64,000 bases of DNA from Longimicrobium sp. Its GTDB lineage: Bacteria; Gemmatimonadota; Gemmatimonadetes; Longimicrobiales; Longimicrobiaceae. Where the stretch lies: NCBI GenBank assembly GCA_035689035.1, contig DASSME010000407.1:28054-92053 (forward strand), read 5' to 3'. Shown here piece by piece: positions 10,311 through 20,565 of the stretch (its first letter is position 1; every line of letters begins with the position of its first letter). A program made the position numbers and the translations under genes. The notes beneath the pieces are model-generated. The model did not search any database and was not told the DNA's origin. It saw only the letters and a list, made by a program, of their open reading frames with translations.

Positions 10311-11025
10311 GGGTCCTCTGCAGTTCGTCGTGGTCGCGGAGCCACGCCGGCTCCGCGGGTTCCAACCGCGTGACGTGCGGGTCCCACCGCGAAACGTGCT
10401 CGAGTACATCGTCCAGCTTCTGGCTCAGACGCTCCACGCCGCGATGGGTGCCACGCCGCTCGACTCCTTGCGACAGGACCGAGGTGACGTACACCTCCAC
10501 CGAAACGCCTTCATCCCGGGCCTCGCGCTCCAGCCGCGCGAGCAGGCTTTGCGGCAGGGCCAGCCCCGGCGCGGCTTCCGGAGGCGGAGCAGCCCACCGC
10601 GGGTCCGGCTCCAGCGCCGTGCCCTGCCGCTCAGCCAGGAACGCCAGCACCGCGGGAAAACGATCGATGGCGCGCAGGAGGTTGTCCATGGCGCGCGTCT
10701 GCAGCACCCGCCCCGCCTCCCAGCGCGCAACGGTCTTGCGTCCGACTCCCAGCGCGTTTTCGAGCTGCGCCTGCGTCACGCCCCACCGGCGCCGCATCGC
10801 CACGATCTGGTCGGGGTGGAGAAATCCGTTCAGCTCGCGGTATGCCTGGCCGGCGCGGCGCTCGGCCTCGATCGCCTGCGCGTAGCTGTACTCCTCCTCG
10901 CCGCACACCGAGCAGCGGTAGAGCTCCTCGCGCACCCGGACCGTGGTGCCGTGGATCGGGAAGTCGCGCTCGCGCTCGACGGTCTCCAGATGGTCGGAAC
11001 AATGGTGCGCCGCCTTGCCGCCCAT
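10285..11025 (-). CDS. mqsA: MqsA-family antitoxin (Zn-finger + HTH, extended C-terminus)
   Basis: 'YRCSVCGEE' zinc ribbon; 'IVAMRRRWGVTQAQLENALGVGRKTVARWEAG' Xre HTH; RHH-like segment and tail. Confidence 0.8.
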   Translation of the reverse strand: MGGKAAHHCSDHLETVERERDFPIHGTTVRVREELYRCSVCGEEEYSYAQAIEAERRAGQAYRELNGFLHPDQIVAMRRRWGVTQAQLENALGVGRKTVARWEAGRVLQTRAMDNLLRAIDRFPAVLAFLAERQGTALEPDPRWAAPPPEAAPGLALPQSLLARLEREARDEGVSVEVYVTSVLSQGVERRGTHRGVERLSQKLDDVLEHVSRWDPHVTRLEPAEPAWLRDHDELQRTRGSKAFAL

Positions 11026-11037
11026 ATCGCCTCGCTG

Positions 11038-11395
11038 TCAGATCGGGATGTCATCATCGTAGTCGTGGAACGAGATGAGGATCACGTGATCCTTCGCGTT
11101 CCGCGCCTCTACCTTCACCTTCACCCAGATCAGCCGCTCGAACTTGTGAAGTGAACGCGGTAGACGTCCACCCAGCCGGCCTCGTTCTGCTCGGCGAACT
11201 TCCAGTGCTCGTCGCCGAGCGCCAGGATCGTCTTGCGCATGGCCGCGGCCGGAAGCGCCACCGATGCCGGGAGCAGCACGGCCGCTTCGTCCAGCGCCTT
11301 GCGCGTGATTGGATCTGGTGGATTCGGGCCAGCGTTTGAACGTAATCGAGCGGATATTCCGGAGTGCCGACCTTGCGACGCTTGCCTCTCGCCAT
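11038..11395 (-). pseudogene. mqsR: MqsR-like mRNA interferase toxin, split by two frameshifts
   Basis: Three frames join into MARGKRRKVGTPEYPLDYVQTLARIHQIQ/ITRKALDEA...GWVDVYRVH/KFERLIWVKVK...VILISFH. Lesions are a missing A at ~11309 and a gtgaa duplication at 11146-11155. Confidence 0.75.
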
Positions 11396-11559
11396 GGGGC
11401 TTCTGGACGCCGGAAATCCTGTGGGGTGGGAGAGCAGGCCGCGCTATCGTAATGCGACGCTTCATCCAAGGTATCATCCTGCCACCTTCTATGCAACCAT
11501 GAGGGTGCAGCATGATACCCTGCGAAGCAAGAAGTAGTCCGCAGCCCTTTCCCCGTGCG

Positions 11560-12558
11560 TCAGCCGGTGAAGGCCGCGGTTTCGGCCAGCAGCTCGAACG
11601 AGCGCATCCGCGCCGCGTGGCTGTGGACCACGGTGGTGACCATCACCTCGTCCGCGCCGGATTCGGCCGCCAGCGCGTCGATGCGCTCGCGGACGGTGTC
11701 GGGGGTGCCGACGACCTGGAGGCGGCGGTAGCTGGCGACGACGGCGCGCTCGTGCTCGGTGTAGGGGTACGCGGCCGCCTCTTCGGGGCTGGGGAGCGGC
11801 ATGAACTGGCCACGCTGCAGGCGCACCCAGGAAAGCTGCATCGAGCCGGCCAGGTACTCCGCCTCGTCCTGCGTCGGCGCCACCACGGCCGAGACGGCGA
11901 CGATGGCGTGCGGCTGGGGGAAGGCGTCGCTCGGGGTGAAGGCGTCGCGGTACTCGCGCAGCGGCGGGGCGGCGGGGGCGGGGCTGAAGTGGCTGGCGAA
12001 GGCGTAGCCCATCCCCAGCTGGCCGGCCATCCGCGCGCTGGCGCCGCTGCTGCCCAGCAGCCACACCGGCGGCAGCGGCACCCCCTCGGGCACCACGCGC
12101 ACGTTGCGGAAGGGGTGGCCCTGGGGGAACTCGCGCCGCGAGAGCGCCGTGAGCTCGGCCAGCTGCTGCGGGAACTGCTCGGCGTCGAACGGGCGCAGCG
12201 CGGCGCTGGTGGCCGGATCGGTGCCCGGCGCGCGGCCGATGCCTAAGTCGATGCGGCCGGGGTGCAGCGTGGCCAGGGTGTGGAACGCCTCGGCGATGCG
12301 CAGCGGCGCGTGGTTGGGAAGCATGATGCCGCCCGAGCCCACCCGGATCCGCTCCGTGGACGATGCCACGTGCTCGATCAGGATCTCGGGGCTGGAGCTG
12401 GCGATGCTGGGCATGCCGTGGTGCTCGGCCAGCCAGTAGCGCACGTACCCCAGCCGCTCGGCGTGCCGCGCCAGCTCGCGCATGTTGCGGAAGGCGTCGG
12501 CGGCGGTGCTGCCGGAGGGCACGGGTGCAAGGTCCAGCACGGAAAGCGGCACGGGCAT
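11560..12558 (-). CDS. Luciferase-like monooxygenase (LLM class flavin-dependent oxidoreductase)
   Basis: 'YWLAEHH', '[15 protein letters not shown]', '[12 protein letters not shown]', 'WLLGSS'. Confidence 0.93.
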   Translation of the reverse strand: MPVPLSVLDLAPVPSGSTAADAFRNMRELARHAERLGYVRYWLAEHHGMPSIASSSPEILIEHVASSTERIRVGSGGIMLPNHAPLRIAEAFHTLATLHPGRIDLGIGRAPGTDPATSAALRPFDAEQFPQQLAELTALSRREFPQGHPFRNVRVVPEGVPLPPVWLLGSSGASARMAGQLGMGYAFASHFSPAPAAPPLREYRDAFTPSDAFPQPHAIVAVSAVVAPTQDEAEYLAGSMQLSWVRLQRGQFMPLPSPEEAAAYPYTEHERAVVASYRRLQVVGTPDTVRERIDALAAESGADEVMVTTVVHSHAARMRSFELLAETAAFTG

Positions 12559-12831
12559 CGGATCACCATCGGCTGCAACAGGGCGCGGGCGCCGTCACCT
12601 TGCGGCACCCGCGTCGCTTCGTCGGTCCGGAGATTGTACACGCATGAACTATTCGCGTTCGTTCGCGCGGCCGGCCCTCACCCTGGCGTCCAGGCGCGGA
12701 CTGCGTCGCGTCCTGAACGCCTGTCCCTCTCCCGAACTGCGGGAGAGGGACGTTTTGCGCTCCGCGCGGCTGCTTCTCACGCGTGGGCGACATCTTCCGC
12801 GCGCCGGGGCGGCGGCGGCGCGGATGCTGGT

Positions 12832-12880
12832 AGTCCGCGAAGGCGGACTTCGTGTGGTCGTTGCCGCGGATTCATCCGCC
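12832..12880. repeat. Dispersed REP-like element (family A: gtccgcgaaggcggacttcgtg...)
   Basis: Copies at ~19535-19645 (inverted pair), ~23390-23450, ~52635-52685, ~62594-62643 (reverse) and a degenerate copy at ~36725-36770. Confidence 0.75.
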
Positions 12881-12923
12881 CCTGCCCCCCGCGGCGCCGA
12901 TCGAAATTCCGCAGGCTCGCGAC

Positions 12924-13478
12924 TTACTCGGGCGTCGGCGCCGCTCTCGGGCGCTCGTCCGCCCAGTACGCCTCCTGCTCGGACTCCTGCAGCGGGCTGA
13001 TGGCGACGAACGAGCCGCGCTCGCGCCGGAACCACTGGCGGTGCGTGACGCCGCTCACGCGCACCCGGTCGCCCGCGTCGGTCCGCACCAGGCGCACGAA
13101 CCGCTGCCGCGTGGTGACCTCCACGCTGTCGCCCGCCGTCCGCACGCCGGTGATCGCCTCGGCCAGGGTGTCCAGGCGCACCACGGCCGCCATCCGCCGG
13201 GCGAGGTCCGCGCGGATCTCGGCGTTGGTCACGGGCGTGCCGTCCGGACGACGCGCACCCACGGCCGAATCGGGGCCCGGGACCAGCAGCCTGGGCTCGC
13301 GCCGCTGCCACGCGGCGCGCGCCCGGCCCACCCGCGCCTCCACGTAGCCGCGCAGCGCGCCCATCTCCGCGGCGGACAGCCCGCTCCCCGGCGCGCGGGC
13401 GGGGGGAGCGGGGCATGCCGCGGCGGCGAGCGGCAGCGCGGCGAGGAGCATCGTCCGCGTCCAGGTGGTTCGTCTCAC
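12924..13478 (-). CDS. Hypothetical lipoprotein (possibly NTF2-like fold)
   Basis: Signal peptide with LAAAAC lipobox; mixed alpha/beta body. Confidence 0.55.
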   Translation of the reverse strand: MRRTTWTRTMLLAALPLAAAACPAPPARAPGSGLSAAEMGALRGYVEARVGRARAAWQRREPRLLVPGPDSAVGARRPDGTPVTNAEIRADLARRMAAVVRLDTLAEAITGVRTAGDSVEVTTRQRFVRLVRTDAGDRVRVSGVTHRQWFRRERGSFVAISPLQESEQEAYWADERPRAAPTPE

Positions 13479-13714
13479 GATGTGCGTCGTCGGATGGAGG
13501 TTCGATCGGCTCCCGGCCCGCGGGGTGATCCGGCGATGGCCGATGGATCAATCCCCCGGACGGCCGCCCACGGCGTGCAGCGATCGGGCCGCGCGCGGTG
13601 GCGGCGCTCCAAGTGATTGCCATCCACCGCGATGCGTGATTAGACTTACCGTCCTGCCGGTCATCGCCCCGCACGCTTCATCATCGCTCTCCCCCTTCCG
13701 TAGCGGCGACGTAC

Positions 13715-15589
13715 ATGGACCGCACGTTCACCCAGATCCCCACGCTGCGCGGCCGGTGGCTGCGTCTGGCCCGCGCCACATGGCTCGCGGGTACGCTGCT
13801 GTCGCTGGCGCTCACCGGGTTCGGCGCGTACCGCTGGATGGTGTTCCAGGTCCGGGTGATGCCCGCGTTCCGCGCCGTGGGCCTTACCGCGCACGGCGCC
13901 GAGGCCGCCGCGGGGTTCCCGCTGATGGCCACCCCTGGCGGAGTGGCCGCGCGCGCCGGGGTGCGCCACGGCACCCTGCGGGCGGTGGACGGCACGCCCG
14001 TGCCCCCCGGCGCCACGCCGCGCGAGGTGGCGGCGCTGCTGAGCGGCAGGCCGGGAACGGCGGTGGCGCTCACCGTGGGCGACGATACGGGCGGCACGGC
14101 CACGTACCGGCTGGTGCGCCAGGGGCCGCGCGCGGCGGGGCCGGTGGCACAGGCGGAGCGCGAAACGCTGCTCGCCATCATCGCGCTGGTGTACGTGCTC
14201 GGGCTGGTGTCGGTCGCCGTCCTGCTGTTCGCGCGCCGGCCCGGCGACCCCGCGGCGTTGACGGTCTCGCTCGCGCTGGCGCTGGTCTCGGTCGGCAACA
14301 CGCTGGCGTGGCACGGCGGGCGCGACTTTCCCGCGCTGATGCCGGTGCTGCGCACGGTGGTGTGGGTGGGGATCATTCTCGCCTTCTGGTTCTTCTGCAT
14401 CTTCCCGGACGGGCGGATCGCGCCCTCGTGGACACGGGTGTGGGCCCTGCTGGTGCCGGGGTACGCCGCGGTGGTGGAGTTCGTGGCCGCCCGGCGGTCG
14501 GCGCCGGCGTTCTACGCGCTGATCGCGGGCGGGATGCTGCTGGGCGTGGTGGCGCAGGTGCAGCGATACCGCCGGGTGGCCTCGGACACGCAGCGGCAGC
14601 AGACCAAGTGGGTGGTGTTCGGGATCGCGGCGGCGATGGTGCTGTACGCCGCGGGCGGGCTGCTGGTACCGCTGGTCCCGCCGGCCGGGCACCCGGCGTG
14701 GGCCGCGTGGCGCGAGGTGGTGCAGGAGACGCTCACCACCTGGGGGCTCCTCCCGATCCCCGCCGGCCTGGCCGTCTCGCTCCTGCGCTACCGCCTGTGG
14801 GACGCCGACGCCGTGCTCTCGCGCAGCGCCACCTACGCGCTGCTCACCGTGGCCCTCGCCGCCACCTGGGCGGGGATGAGCCAGGTGGCGCAGGGCGTCC
14901 TCGGCGGAATGATGGGCGCGGAGAGCGGCGCCACCGCGGCCGGGCTGTCGGCGGCGCTCACGGTGGCGCTCTTCAACCCCGCGCACGACCGGGTGCGCCG
15001 CTGGGCCGACCGCCGCTTTCTTCGCGACCTGGTGGAGTTCCGCGAGCGCCTGCCGACCGTGGTCGGCGACCTCCGCGAGACGGAAGACCTGGACGGATTG
15101 CTGGCCGTGGTGCTGGCGCGCGTCTGCACGGCGCTGCGCTGCGGCCGGGCGGCGGTGTTCCTGGGGGATGATGGGCGCACCCTCGCCGCCTCGCGCGGCC
15201 TGCCGCCCGACGTCGCCGCCGACAGCGCAGCCGACTGGCCCGCCGCGGCCGAGGACGAAGGGCCGATCGTGCAGGACTGGAACTACGAGATCTTTCCGCT
15301 GCGGGTGCGGCTGGCGGCGGAGCGCGGAGGCACGCCGGTGCGCGTGGGTTGGCTGGCGCTGGGCCCGCGCCCCGACGGCAGCGGCTACGGCAGCGACGAG
15401 CTCGAGGCGCTGGCCGCGGTCGCCGGCCCCATCGCCCGCGCCATCTGGATCGTGCGCGCCCGCGCCGAGCGTGAGGAGGAGCTCGAACGCCGCCTCCAGG
15501 CCGCCGAAGACGAGTTGCGGCGGGCGCGGCCGCGGATCGCGCTGGAAGGGACGGGGATCGCGGTGGATGGAAGCGGCGCCGTGGCCTGA
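13715..15589 (+). CDS. Multi-pass membrane sensor-like protein (PDZ-like + TM bundle + GAF-like), no output domain
   Basis: 'GGVAARAGVRHG.LRAVDG' PDZ-like; 'LLRYRLWDAD' and 'GWLALGPRPDGSGYGSDELEAL' typical of GAF-linked sensor N-termini. Confidence 0.7.
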   Translation: MDRTFTQIPTLRGRWLRLARATWLAGTLLSLALTGFGAYRWMVFQVRVMPAFRAVGLTAHGAEAAAGFPLMATPGGVAARAGVRHGTLRAVDGTPVPPGATPREVAALLSGRPGTAVALTVGDDTGGTATYRLVRQGPRAAGPVAQAERETLLAIIALVYVLGLVSVAVLLFARRPGDPAALTVSLALALVSVGNTLAWHGGRDFPALMPVLRTVVWVGIILAFWFFCIFPDGRIAPSWTRVWALLVPGYAAVVEFVAARRSAPAFYALIAGGMLLGVVAQVQRYRRVASDTQRQQTKWVVFGIAAAMVLYAAGGLLVPLVPPAGHPAWAAWREVVQETLTTWGLLPIPAGLAVSLLRYRLWDADAVLSRSATYALLTVALAATWAGMSQVAQGVLGGMMGAESGATAAGLSAALTVALFNPAHDRVRRWADRRFLRDLVEFRERLPTVVGDLRETEDLDGLLAVVLARVCTALRCGRAAVFLGDDGRTLAASRGLPPDVAADSAADWPAAAEDEGPIVQDWNYEIFPLRVRLAAERGGTPVRVGWLALGPRPDGSGYGSDELEALAAVAGPIARAIWIVRARAEREEELERRLQAAEDELRRARPRIALEGTGIAVDGSGAVA

Positions 15590-15629
15590 CCATCCTCCGT
15601 TGGAGCGATGTCGCGCCGGGGGCGGGGTG

Positions 15630-15870
15630 GCGGGCGGGGGCGGCTGAAGCCGCGGTCTACAACCACGGGAAGCCTCGCAAACGGCGCGAGGCTGGTGGTC
15701 GAGATCCATGTCGGCAACGAGCTTTGGCGCGGCCGCGGCGGCCCCCCTCCCCCGGCCCCTCCCCCCGCTGCGCGGGGGAAGGGGAGAACCAGCAAGGACA
15801 ACTTTTCGGGGTGGCTTGTCGTTGGAGCCTCGCGCGGTTTGCGAGGCTTTTCGTCGTTGTTGCTGCGGCT
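15630..15870. repeat. Composite palindromic intergenic element
   Basis: Outer inverted arms ggctgaagccgcgg.ctacaac...gcctcgcaaac / gtttgcgaggc...gttgctgcggcttcagcc around a C-rich/G-rich hairpin. Confidence 0.55.
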
Positions 15871-17283
15871 TCAGCCGCCGGTGAGTGCCGGCCGCGCCAC
15901 CGCGGAGACCGCCGCCACCTCGTCCCCCCGCCACACCGCCGCGTCCGTCTGGCCCAGCAGGCGGCTGGTGATGGCGCCGGCCGTCATCGCGCCGTTCACG
16001 TTGACGGCGGTGCGGCCCATGTCGATCAGCGGCTCGATCGAGATCAGCAGCCCCGCCAGCGCGATCGGGAGGTTGAGCGTGGAGAGCACCACGATCGCCG
16101 CGAAGGTGGCCCCGCCGCCCACCCCGGCGATACCGAACGAGCCGAGCGTCACCACCACGACCAGCGTGAGCAGGAAGTGCGGGTCGGCCGGGTTCACGCC
16201 CACGCTCGGCGCGATCATCACCGCCAGCATCGCGGGATAGAGCCCCGCGCACCCGTTCTGCCCGATGGTCGCCCCGAAGCTGGCGGCGAAGTTGGCGATC
16301 GCCGGCGGCACGCCCAGGCGGTCGGTCTGCGCCTGCACGTTCAGCGGGATGGTGGCGGCGCTGGAGCGGCTGGTGAACGCAAAGGTCAGCACCGGCCACA
16401 CCCGCGCGTAGTAGCGCAGCGGGTCGACGCCGGAGAGCGCCAGCAGCGCCGCGTGCACCAGCAGGATCAGCGCGAGGCCCAGGTACGACGCCGCGACGAA
16501 GCGGATCAGGGCCAGGATGTCCGCGGGGTTCGAGGTGGCGACCACCTTCACCATCAGCGCCAGCACGCCGTACGGGGTCAGCCGGATCACCATCCGCACC
16601 AGCCGCAGCACCAGCTTCTGCAGCGCGTCGATGGTGGCGACCACGCGGCCGCCCGTCTCGGGGTCGCTCCGCCGCAGCCCCAGCGCGGCCAGCCCCAGCA
16701 GCGTGGCGAAGATCACCACGCCGATGATGGAGGTCGGCCGCGTCCCCGCCAGGTCCGCGAAGGGATTCGTCGGGATGAAGGAGAGGAGGAGCTGCGGCAC
16801 GTCCAGCTGCGCCACCTCGGCGGATTTCGCCTGGATCGCGGCGCCCTGCTGCAGCTCGCGCGCGCCGTGCACCAGGCCGTTCGCCGTCAGCCCGAACGCC
16901 CGCGCCACGCCGATGCCGATCACCGCCGAGAGCGCCGTGGTGAGCATCAGCGCGCCGAGCACGCCCAGGCTGATCTTCCCCAGCGCCCGCGCGTCGTCCA
17001 GCCGGGTGACGGCGGAAAGGATGGAGACCAGCACGAGCGGGTAGACGATCATCTGCAGCAGCCGCACGTAGCCGCCGCCCACGATGCTCACCCAGCTCAC
17101 CGTCCGCGCGGCGGCGGCGCCGTCGCGGCCGTAGATCCACTGCAGCGCGGCACCCAGCGCCGCGCCCAGCAGCAGGCCGATCAGCACCGTGCCGGCCAGC
17201 GGCGCCCTGGCGCGCCCGCGCCGGGCGAGGAACGCCAGCGCCAGCGCGAACACACCCAGGTTCAGGATCACTTGCACGATCAT
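15871..17283 (-). CDS. tcyP: L-cystine transporter (DAACS family)
   Basis: '[18 protein letters not shown]', '[18 protein letters not shown]', '[15 protein letters not shown]', '[13 protein letters not shown]'. Confidence 0.9.
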   Translation of the reverse strand: MIVQVILNLGVFALALAFLARRGRARAPLAGTVLIGLLLGAALGAALQWIYGRDGAAAARTVSWVSIVGGGYVRLLQMIVYPLVLVSILSAVTRLDDARALGKISLGVLGALMLTTALSAVIGIGVARAFGLTANGLVHGARELQQGAAIQAKSAEVAQLDVPQLLLSFIPTNPFADLAGTRPTSIIGVVIFATLLGLAALGLRRSDPETGGRVVATIDALQKLVLRLVRMVIRLTPYGVLALMVKVVATSNPADILALIRFVAASYLGLALILLVHAALLALSGVDPLRYYARVWPVLTFAFTSRSSAATIPLNVQAQTDRLGVPPAIANFAASFGATIGQNGCAGLYPAMLAVMIAPSVGVNPADPHFLLTLVVVVTLGSFGIAGVGGGATFAAIVVLSTLNLPIALAGLLISIEPLIDMGRTAVNVNGAMTAGAITSRLLGQTDAAVWRGDEVAAVSAVARPALTGG

Positions 17284-17330
17284 GGTTGCTCCGTGGCACG
17301 CCGGGCGTGCCCTCGAACCTCAGGTGGATG

Positions 17331-17369
17331 AAAAAGCCGGCTCCCTCGTCATCGCGAGAGAGCCGGCTT
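17331..17369 (-). terminator. Attenuator terminator 2 (proximal to tcyP)
   Basis: Minus strand aagccggctctctcg-loop-cgagggagccggc-TTTTT. Confidence 0.8.
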
Positions 17370-17400
17370 CGCAGTACCGGCGCGTGGGCCGGATCGGCGG

Positions 17401-17493
17401 TCAGGGGGCGCGCCGCAGGGGCGCGCACACCCCGGCATCTCGCGGGGGCGGGCGGCAACAACAGGCGGTCGGCTTCGACTGGATCATCATCAT
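17401..17493 (-). CDS. Cys-rich leader peptide 2 (MMMIQSKPTACCCRPPPRDAGVCAPLRRAP)
   Basis: Short ORF with tandem TGT TGT TGC, directly upstream of the terminator and tcyP. Confidence 0.75.
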   Translation of the reverse strand: MMMIQSKPTACCCRPPPRDAGVCAPLRRAP

Positions 17494-17540
17494 CGCTCGG
17501 TTCGGTTCAACCGGTGGACAGGACCCGGTTGCGGGGACGC

Positions 17541-17569
17541 AAAAAAGGCCCTCCCGCCGGGGAGGGCCT
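17541..17569 (-). terminator. Attenuator terminator 1 (distal)
   Basis: Minus strand ggccctccc-cggc-gggagggcc-TTTTTT. Confidence 0.8.
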
Positions 17570-17611
17570 GACAGGGACGGCCGGAGTGTGGCTCCCGGCT
17601 TACGCGAATCG

Positions 17612-17689
17612 CTACGCGCGCACGTCCCCGCGGCTCCCCGGACGGGAGTCGCACGGACAGCAACAGGCGGCGCGGACGAAGGCGTGCAT
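17612..17689 (-). CDS. Cys-rich leader peptide 1 (MHAFVRAACCCPCDSRPGSRGDVRA)
   Basis: Short ORF with TGT TGC TGT CCG TGC upstream of terminator 1. Confidence 0.75.
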   Translation of the reverse strand: MHAFVRAACCCPCDSRPGSRGDVRA

Positions 17690-18037
17690 CGGTGGGTTTC
17701 GGGTGATCCGCTCGCGCCGGGGAAACATCCGCGGCGCCGCTGGAGGTTAAGCCACGCTCCCGGCCGCTGTCAACCCGCGCCGGGCTCCGCGGGACGAACC
17801 GTTCCCCCGTGGACGCGGAGCGCTTGCCGCGTCCGCCGGCCGCGCTTCAATTCATCGCCGCTCCACCTTCATCCACGTGCTCCCGCCCGGATCGAAGCCC
17901 GTGCCGCGCTCCCTCCCCTCGCCCGCACCGGCGGCCGCCGTCCACGCCGGCGGACGTCGTGTCGCCGCCGCCGCCGCGGATGCATCCGCCCGGCTCCCCC
18001 CGCGGCCCGCATCCGGACCCTGGCCGGCGAGCCGCCG

Positions 18038-19513
18038 ATGAGCCACGCCTTCACCGCGCTCGACTGGGCGGTCCTGGTCGCGTACCTCGGCGGCGTGACG
18101 GCGATGGGAACGCTGCTGGGGCGCCGCCAGAAGGACGCGCGCGACTACTTCCTGGCGGACAACACCATCCCCTGGTGGGCGATCTGCTTCAGCGTGGTGG
18201 CGACGGAGACCAGCGCCCTCACCTTCATCAGCGTGCCGGCCACCGCGTACGGCAGCGACTTCTGGATGCTGCAGCTCGCCACGGGGTACGTGATCGGCCG
18301 GGTGGCGGTGGCCGCGCTACTCCTTCCCGGCTACTTCCGCGGCGAAACGGTGACGGCGTACGCGCTGCTCGAGCGCCGCTTCGGCGCGGGGACGCGGCGG
18401 TTCGCCTCGTCGGTGTTCCTGGTGACGCGGGTGCTGGCCGACGGGGTGCGCGTGTTCGCCACGGCGATCCCGATCCGCCTGGTCACCGGGCTGCCGTACT
18501 GGGAGGCGATCCTGGTCACGGGCGTGTTCACCGTGATCTACACCTACCACGGCGGCCTGCGCGCCGTGGTGTGGGTGGACGTGGTGCAGCTCTTCGTCTA
18601 CCTGGTGGGCGGCGGGGCGGCGCTGTGGGTGCTGGCGCGGCTGGTCCCCGGCGGGTGGAGCGCCATCTGGGCCGCCGCGCCGGGGAAGACGCGCGTGGTG
18701 CACCTGGACGGCGGGTTCGCGAGCGCGAGCTGGATCGCCACGGGGCTGGTGGGCGGCGCGTTCCTCTCCATGGCCTCGCACGGGGTCGATCACCTGATCG
18801 TGCAGCGGCTGCTGGCCAGCCGCGGCCTGGGCGACGCGCGCAAGGCCCTGGTCGCCAGCGGCGTGGTGGTGGTGATGCAGTTCGCGCTCTTCCTCTGCGT
18901 GGGGCTGGGCCTGTTCGTCTTCTACCGGGGGCGGACGTTCGGCGCGCCGGACGAGATCTTTCCCACCTTCATCGTCAACGAGCTGCCGCCGGGCGTGACC
19001 GGGCTGGTGATCGCCGCGATCCTGGCGGCCGCGATGAGCACGGTGGCCAGCTCGCTCAACTCGCTGGCCTCGTCCGCCACGCACGACCTGTACGCCCCGC
19101 TCACCGGCCGCACCGGCGAAGCGCACCTGATGCGCGTGGGGAAGCTGATGACGCTGGGGTGGGCCGCCGTGCTGATCGGCGCGGCGATGCTGTTCCAGCT
19201 CGCGCAGCAGGGCACGCCGGTGGTGGTGGTGGCGCTGCAGATCGCCAGCTTCACCTACGGCGGGCTGCTGGGTGGATTCCTGCTCGCCCGTTTCTCGCGT
19301 CGCGCCACCGCGCCCGACGCGGTGGCGGGCATGGCGGTTGCCATCGCGCTGATGGCCGCGCTCTGGGCCGCCCAGCAGTTCGGCGCGATCCCCAGGGTGA
19401 TCGACAGCCTGTGGTTCTCGCTGCTGGGCTCGGCCGTCACGCTGGCAGTGGGGATGGGGCTGGCGGCGGCGAGGGGGCGGCCCGTGGTCGCACCCTCCTC
19501 CACCCCGGGTTGA
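18038..19513 (+). CDS. Sodium:solute symporter
   Basis: 'SVVATETSALTFISVP', 'GGLRAVVWVDVVQ', 'AAAMSTVASSLNSLAS'; start at MSHAFTALDW. Confidence 0.92.
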   Translation: MSHAFTALDWAVLVAYLGGVTAMGTLLGRRQKDARDYFLADNTIPWWAICFSVVATETSALTFISVPATAYGSDFWMLQLATGYVIGRVAVAALLLPGYFRGETVTAYALLERRFGAGTRRFASSVFLVTRVLADGVRVFATAIPIRLVTGLPYWEAILVTGVFTVIYTYHGGLRAVVWVDVVQLFVYLVGGGAALWVLARLVPGGWSAIWAAAPGKTRVVHLDGGFASASWIATGLVGGAFLSMASHGVDHLIVQRLLASRGLGDARKALVASGVVVVMQFALFLCVGLGLFVFYRGRTFGAPDEIFPTFIVNELPPGVTGLVIAAILAAAMSTVASSLNSLASSATHDLYAPLTGRTGEAHLMRVGKLMTLGWAAVLIGAAMLFQLAQQGTPVVVVALQIASFTYGGLLGGFLLARFSRRATAPDAVAGMAVAIALMAALWAAQQFGAIPRVIDSLWFSLLGSAVTLAVGMGLAAARGRPVVAPSSTPG

Positions 19514-19749
19514 AAGCCGGGGCTGGAACCGGGCAAGTCCGCCTTCGCGGCGCCTTCGCGGACTCCGGTGGGCGGGATCTCTGCACGGTAACAGATCGTT
19601 CGTGCAGAAGGAGTTCCGCGCGCAGTCCGCGAAGGCGGACTTCAGGATTTTTCAGCGGCGGGTTTCAACCCGCCGTGGTGGGGACGCGGCGCGAAGGGCG
19701 GCGCGTACGTGCGGATGAACTCTGAATCCAACCCGGGAAGCGCTACGAC

Positions 19750-20565
19750 GTGGATTTCTCTCTGTTGCTGAAGGCGGCGGTGATGGGGCTGGTGGAGGGG
19801 GCGACGGAGTTCATCCCCGTTTCGTCGACCGGGCACCTGATCCTGGCGGCCGACTGGCTGGGCTTCGACCAGTGGCACGGCGCCGAGACCTTCGAGGTGT
19901 TCATCCAGCTGGGCGCCATCCTGGCCGTGGTCTGGCTCTACCGCGCCAAGATCCTGGGCGTGCTGGGCAGCGCCACGCGCGAAGAGAAGTCGCGCCGGCT
20001 GATCGTGAACCTGGCGATCGCCTTCCTCCCCGCGGCGCTGATCGGCTTCCTGATCCACGACTTCATCAAGGAGAAGCTGTTCAGCCCCGTGGTGGTGGCC
20101 ATCGCCCTGGTCGTCGGCGGGGTCGTCATCCTGCTGATCGAAGGGTGGCACCGGCGCGTGCACACCGAGTCGGTCGACGACATCCGGCCCAGGGAGGCGC
20201 TGGGGGTGGGCCTCTGCCAGGTCCTGTCGCTGATCCCCGGCACCTCTCGCTCGGGGTCCACCATCATGGGCGGCGTGGCGCTGGGGCTGAGCCGGGTGGC
20301 GGCCACGGAGTTCAGCTTCTTCCTGGCCATTCCCATCATGTTCATGGCCACGCTGTACGACCTGTACAAGGCCCGCCACGGCCTGGCGGGCGCCGACGCG
20401 CCGGTGTTCGCGGTGGGCTTCGTCGTGTCGTTCATCTCCGCGCTGCTGGTCATCCGCTGGCTGCTCAAGTTCGTGGCCAACCACAGCTTCCGCGGCTTCG
20501 CGTGGTACCGCATCGTCTTCGGCATCATCCTGCTCGCCCTCTACTGGAAGACGATGGGAGCGTGA
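19750..20565 (+). CDS. uppP: Undecaprenyl-diphosphate phosphatase
   Basis: 'GLVEGATEFIPVSSTGHL', 'PGTSRSGSTI'. Confidence 0.96.
   Translation: MDFSLLLKAAVMGLVEGATEFIPVSSTGHLILAADWLGFDQWHGAETFEVFIQLGAILAVVWLYRAKILGVLGSATREEKSRRLIVNLAIAFLPAALIGFLIHDFIKEKLFSPVVVAIALVVGGVVILLIEGWHRRVHTESVDDIRPREALGVGLCQVLSLIPGTSRSGSTIMGGVALGLSRVAATEFSFFLAIPIMFMATLYDLYKARHGLAGADAPVFAVGFVVSFISALLVIRWLLKFVANHSFRGFAWYRIVFGIILLALYWKTMGA

Noticed and set aside
17284-17700. SAM or T-box riboswitch upstream of the cystine transporter
   Set aside because: No SAM-I core or T-box consensus seen; the Cys uORF plus terminator pairs explain the region.
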